Assembly: GCA_001179505.1 (NCBI GenBank)
Contig: CDMY01000821.1
Location: forward strand, 191,887-255,886
Length of the DNA: 64,000 bases
Source: Vitrella brassicaformis CCMP3155
Taxonomy: Eukaryota; Protista; Chromerida
Direction: 5' to 3'
The position numbers and the translations under genes were made by a program. Shown here one piece after another: positions 60,989 through 64,000 of this stretch. Under the pieces are notes generated by a model. The model saw only the letters and a list, made by a program, of their open reading frames with translations. It did no database searches and was not told the DNA's origin. Every line of letters starts with the position of its first letter. Within the stretch, counting starts at the first letter, position 1.

Positions 60989-61648
60989 ACACACACAGAC
61001 ACACACACAGAGAGAAAGAGAGAGCGGCCTATACATCCTGTGCAGTAGTGCAGTAGTATCTGCCCATTTTTCATCGGCTTCGGCAGGCAGGCAGGCAGGC
61101 AGGCCCATTTTTCCGACCTGCTGTTTGGTATGGTGGGCGTTGCGCTGTTGACATGACCGGTAGCTATAGAGGCACGCAGGCTAGAGGCACGCAGGCAGAC
61201 TGGATGGATGGATGGATGGACGGACACGCAGCCGTACAGGTACTGTGTGGGCGCTGCTTGCTTGGCGCACTCACTGATGATAGGTGTTTGCATTTTGTTG
61301 GTCAGTGCAGTGAGTGGGTCAGCCAAGCTGATGCATGACGGTACAGGTTTGTGACTGCCGAAGGAAGGTGTGTGGTCGTGGTGCGGTGTACGCGGATTGC
61401 CTTCTGATGTGAATGAAGGCGGCTGAGGGCGACTAAATTCCATTCCACGCACTCAGTAGGCAGTGTGTCTCATGCAACCAGCTGCAGGCATACTCACCTG
61501 ACTGACACACATCGCATTCAGCCATTCAGCCAGCCATCCATCCATCCATCAGCCATCCGGTCGGTCAATGTTCTCTCTGCCTGCCTCCCACACACGCTGC
61601 ACGGACAAACGCATCAAACGCATCAAACGCATCAATCAAACGCATCAA

Positions 61649-62134
61649 TCAGATGACGGCTCGTGTGGCGGCCAGTACAGCAGTGGCGACGGTGAGTGCG
61701 GTGTAGAGGGCGTGCTTGCGCGATGCGTCGCCGCCAGGTTTGATGCATTCTTTCTCCTCCTTCTCGACGTAGTCGCCGCTGTCCTTGGGGTCCCATGGGA
61801 TCCGCGGGCCGAAGGGAATCATCCACTTGGACGTGTTGCTCTCCATGTAACCGTACCTGGTGAGTGAGACGCGACACGACACGAGAAAGATGAGAGTGTG
61901 GGAATTGAAGTGGATGTCTTTCTTACTGTCTGTAGCCCTCCCTTCGGTGGATGGTGTGGAAGAGGTACTTGCCCCCCTGGCTGAGGCACTTCTTCTCGAA
62001 GTCGCGGGTGCAGAAACACACTGACAGCAGCAGATTGGCGTTGAGCTTCACACAGCACTCGCTCAACAGACCGTTGCACGTCGCCCAGTGACCGCTGCCC
62101 GGACCGCAGGGCATCCCCTCCTCAGCTACACACA

Positions 62135-62170
<36 letters not shown>

Positions 62171-63304
62171 CACGGGAGACACACAGAGAGAGGGAGACAC
62201 GTGCAGGTGAACAGACACAAACAACAGGCGCCTTTTGGTTGCGTCGATATCGCCCATCCATATATTCACCGGTTCCGGTGAATTTCTCCTTTTCGAATTT
62301 GAGTTGGTGCGGCCCGGCTCGTAGAAGCCCAGTCTGTTGTACTTTTTGGTCCTGGCGTCGAAGTAGTGGTAGTAACCGCCGTCGCCAAACGGATGCGGCT
62401 CGAAGATCAACGGCACGAAAACTTCCGGCTTGACCCCTGCCTCGGCGGCCCCTTTGCCCTTCCCTGCTGCTGTTTCTGCTGCTGCTGGTGCTGGTGCTGG
62501 TGCTGTTGCCCCTGGTGCGGCTCCTTCTGGTAGTGGTGGGGCGACGGTCTTGGCGCCGGTGTTGATCATGAGGTCAGCGGAGTTGAAGCACTTTTGGTAC
62601 TCGAGACACTTGGCAGTCGGTTTGCCGATGGTCATGGACTGGTAGTTCATGCAGCACTGAAGGGTGACCTTCTCCTGGGGGTCGCGACACCGGTCAAACA
62701 CACCCGTACCAGGGCCGCATGGCTCGCCCTCCTTGGCTGCACGACAGCCCAAAACACACACGCACACACACACACACACACATCCGCGTGGCGTCGAAGC
62801 AAGGGCGGGGCGTCATTGCAAGTGCATGCAGCCCCAGCAATCAATACCCAGGGGAGCGTCGAGGTATGAGTGCGTATAGATGGCTTCGAGCCCGGGGCTC
62901 TTCTTGACCGTCCAGTCGGGCTTCGACAGGTCCGTCTTGGTCGGTGACAAGGAGCTAGACGAATTACCACCACCAACAGGGGCAGCAGCAGCAGCAGAGA
63001 GAGCAGCAGAGAGAGAGGCAGGAGGGGCAATCATGCTGATCCGTTGATTCTTCGCTGTGACCGTCATTGCAGAGGCAGTTGCAGAGCTGCTGTCGCTCGT
63101 GTTAGTGGTGGCCGTTGTGCCAGTGGTGGCTGAGCTGGCTGTTGAATTGGCTTTGGTCTTGCTGACGTCCTTGGCGGCCCGCATGGCCGGCTGCACGAGC
63201 TGCTGTTGAGGGCGGGAGGCAATGATGTCGCCATGGCCGCACTGCGACAGCATCAGGCAAAAGAACATTAAGCATGCGGCGATGGGGCTTATACAAGGCG
63301 GCAT
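61649..63304 (-). CDS. Secreted, probably GPI-anchored surface protein with two Cys-rich modules
   Basis: Signal peptide (IAACLMFFCLMLSQCGHG), S/T/A-rich stalk, modules AKEGEPCGPGTG..C...CC..C..C and AEEGMPCGPGSG..C..CC..C.C..C, hydrophobic C-terminus ALYTALTVATAVLAATRAVI. Confidence 0.65.
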
Positions 63305-63439
63305 TGTGAAGTCGCTCCTATCCCTGATGGGCCAACGATGAGGGAGAACAAGAAAGCAAAATCAAGGACGCGGTCGAGACGCCCCCAATGCGAGCTGAAG
63401 TGTGTGTTTCTGGGGGGGACCGCCTCACGCGAACACGCC

Positions 63440-63654
63440 GGCCAGTGTGTGTATATGTATGTGTATGTGGATGTGTATGTGTGTCAGTATCATTCAGTAC
63501 GTCCGTCAATGTACCGCGAGTGAATGCCTGCCTCCTGCCGTGTCAAGTGTGATGGCCCGCCCGGCATGAGGACGTTGGCCGTCGGACGGCAAGCGAGTGT
63601 CGGAGGTGGGTGGAAGTCATGCTCAGCACACAGGGGAACACTCACTCGTCCAAT

Positions 63655-63685
<31 letters not shown>

Positions 63686-64000
63686 GGGGAGGGAGGCGAC
63701 AAGAAGAGATGGATGGAGGGATGGAGGGACCGGTTCATGCACTTATGTCTGCGCCTGGCTGACCACAGGAGAGCTGCCTGCGTCCATCTATATCTGTAGC
63801 ATGAGCCAAGGAGGACACACATACATACGTTTGCGGGTGAAGTTTTGACCTTACATAACATATGTGTCGCCGTCTCGTACTGATGGCATCTCTCTCCTTC
63901 GGCTGACCGAGCCCGCTGCTAATTAGCGTTTGTTTGTACGTCAAGTCAATGTGTGTATGATAATTTGATGCGTTTGTGAGTTTGTGGACGGCACTCATTT
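63440..64000 (-). repeat. Inverted copy of the 17146-17705 dispersed repeat; runs off the window
   Basis: Reverse-complement match. Confidence 0.9.

Overview
Intron-rich eukaryotic DNA with short GT-AG introns full of (GT)n/(GTCT)n/(GGAT)n microsatellites and two 300-N assembly gaps. By inference it is a photosynthetic alveolate with a complex plastid, probably the chromerid Vitrella: it has a bipartite-targeted cyanobacterial-type protein and an apicomplexan-type cytochrome c-2. The standout is a head-to-head pair under 400 bp apart encoding a fungal-type NADPH sulfite reductase: a Met5-like beta subunit (-) and a Met10-like alpha flavoprotein (+). In the alpha subunit the usual PFOR-derived N-terminus is replaced, in frame across 15 hand-spliced canonical exons, by an apparently intact bacterial RimK/GshB-type ATP-grasp ligase. 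Other content: a BRCT-Sen2 tRNA-endonuclease fusion, a USP deubiquitinase plus a decayed USP-kinase paralog, a membrane-anchored alkyl sulfatase, a NAT/SLC23 transporter, WDR6, an F-box protein, kinases, a GPI-type Cys-rich surface protein, a pseudogene-rich block (27.4-34.3 kb) and dispersed repeats. All calls come from motif recognition and manual splicing; no database searches were run.
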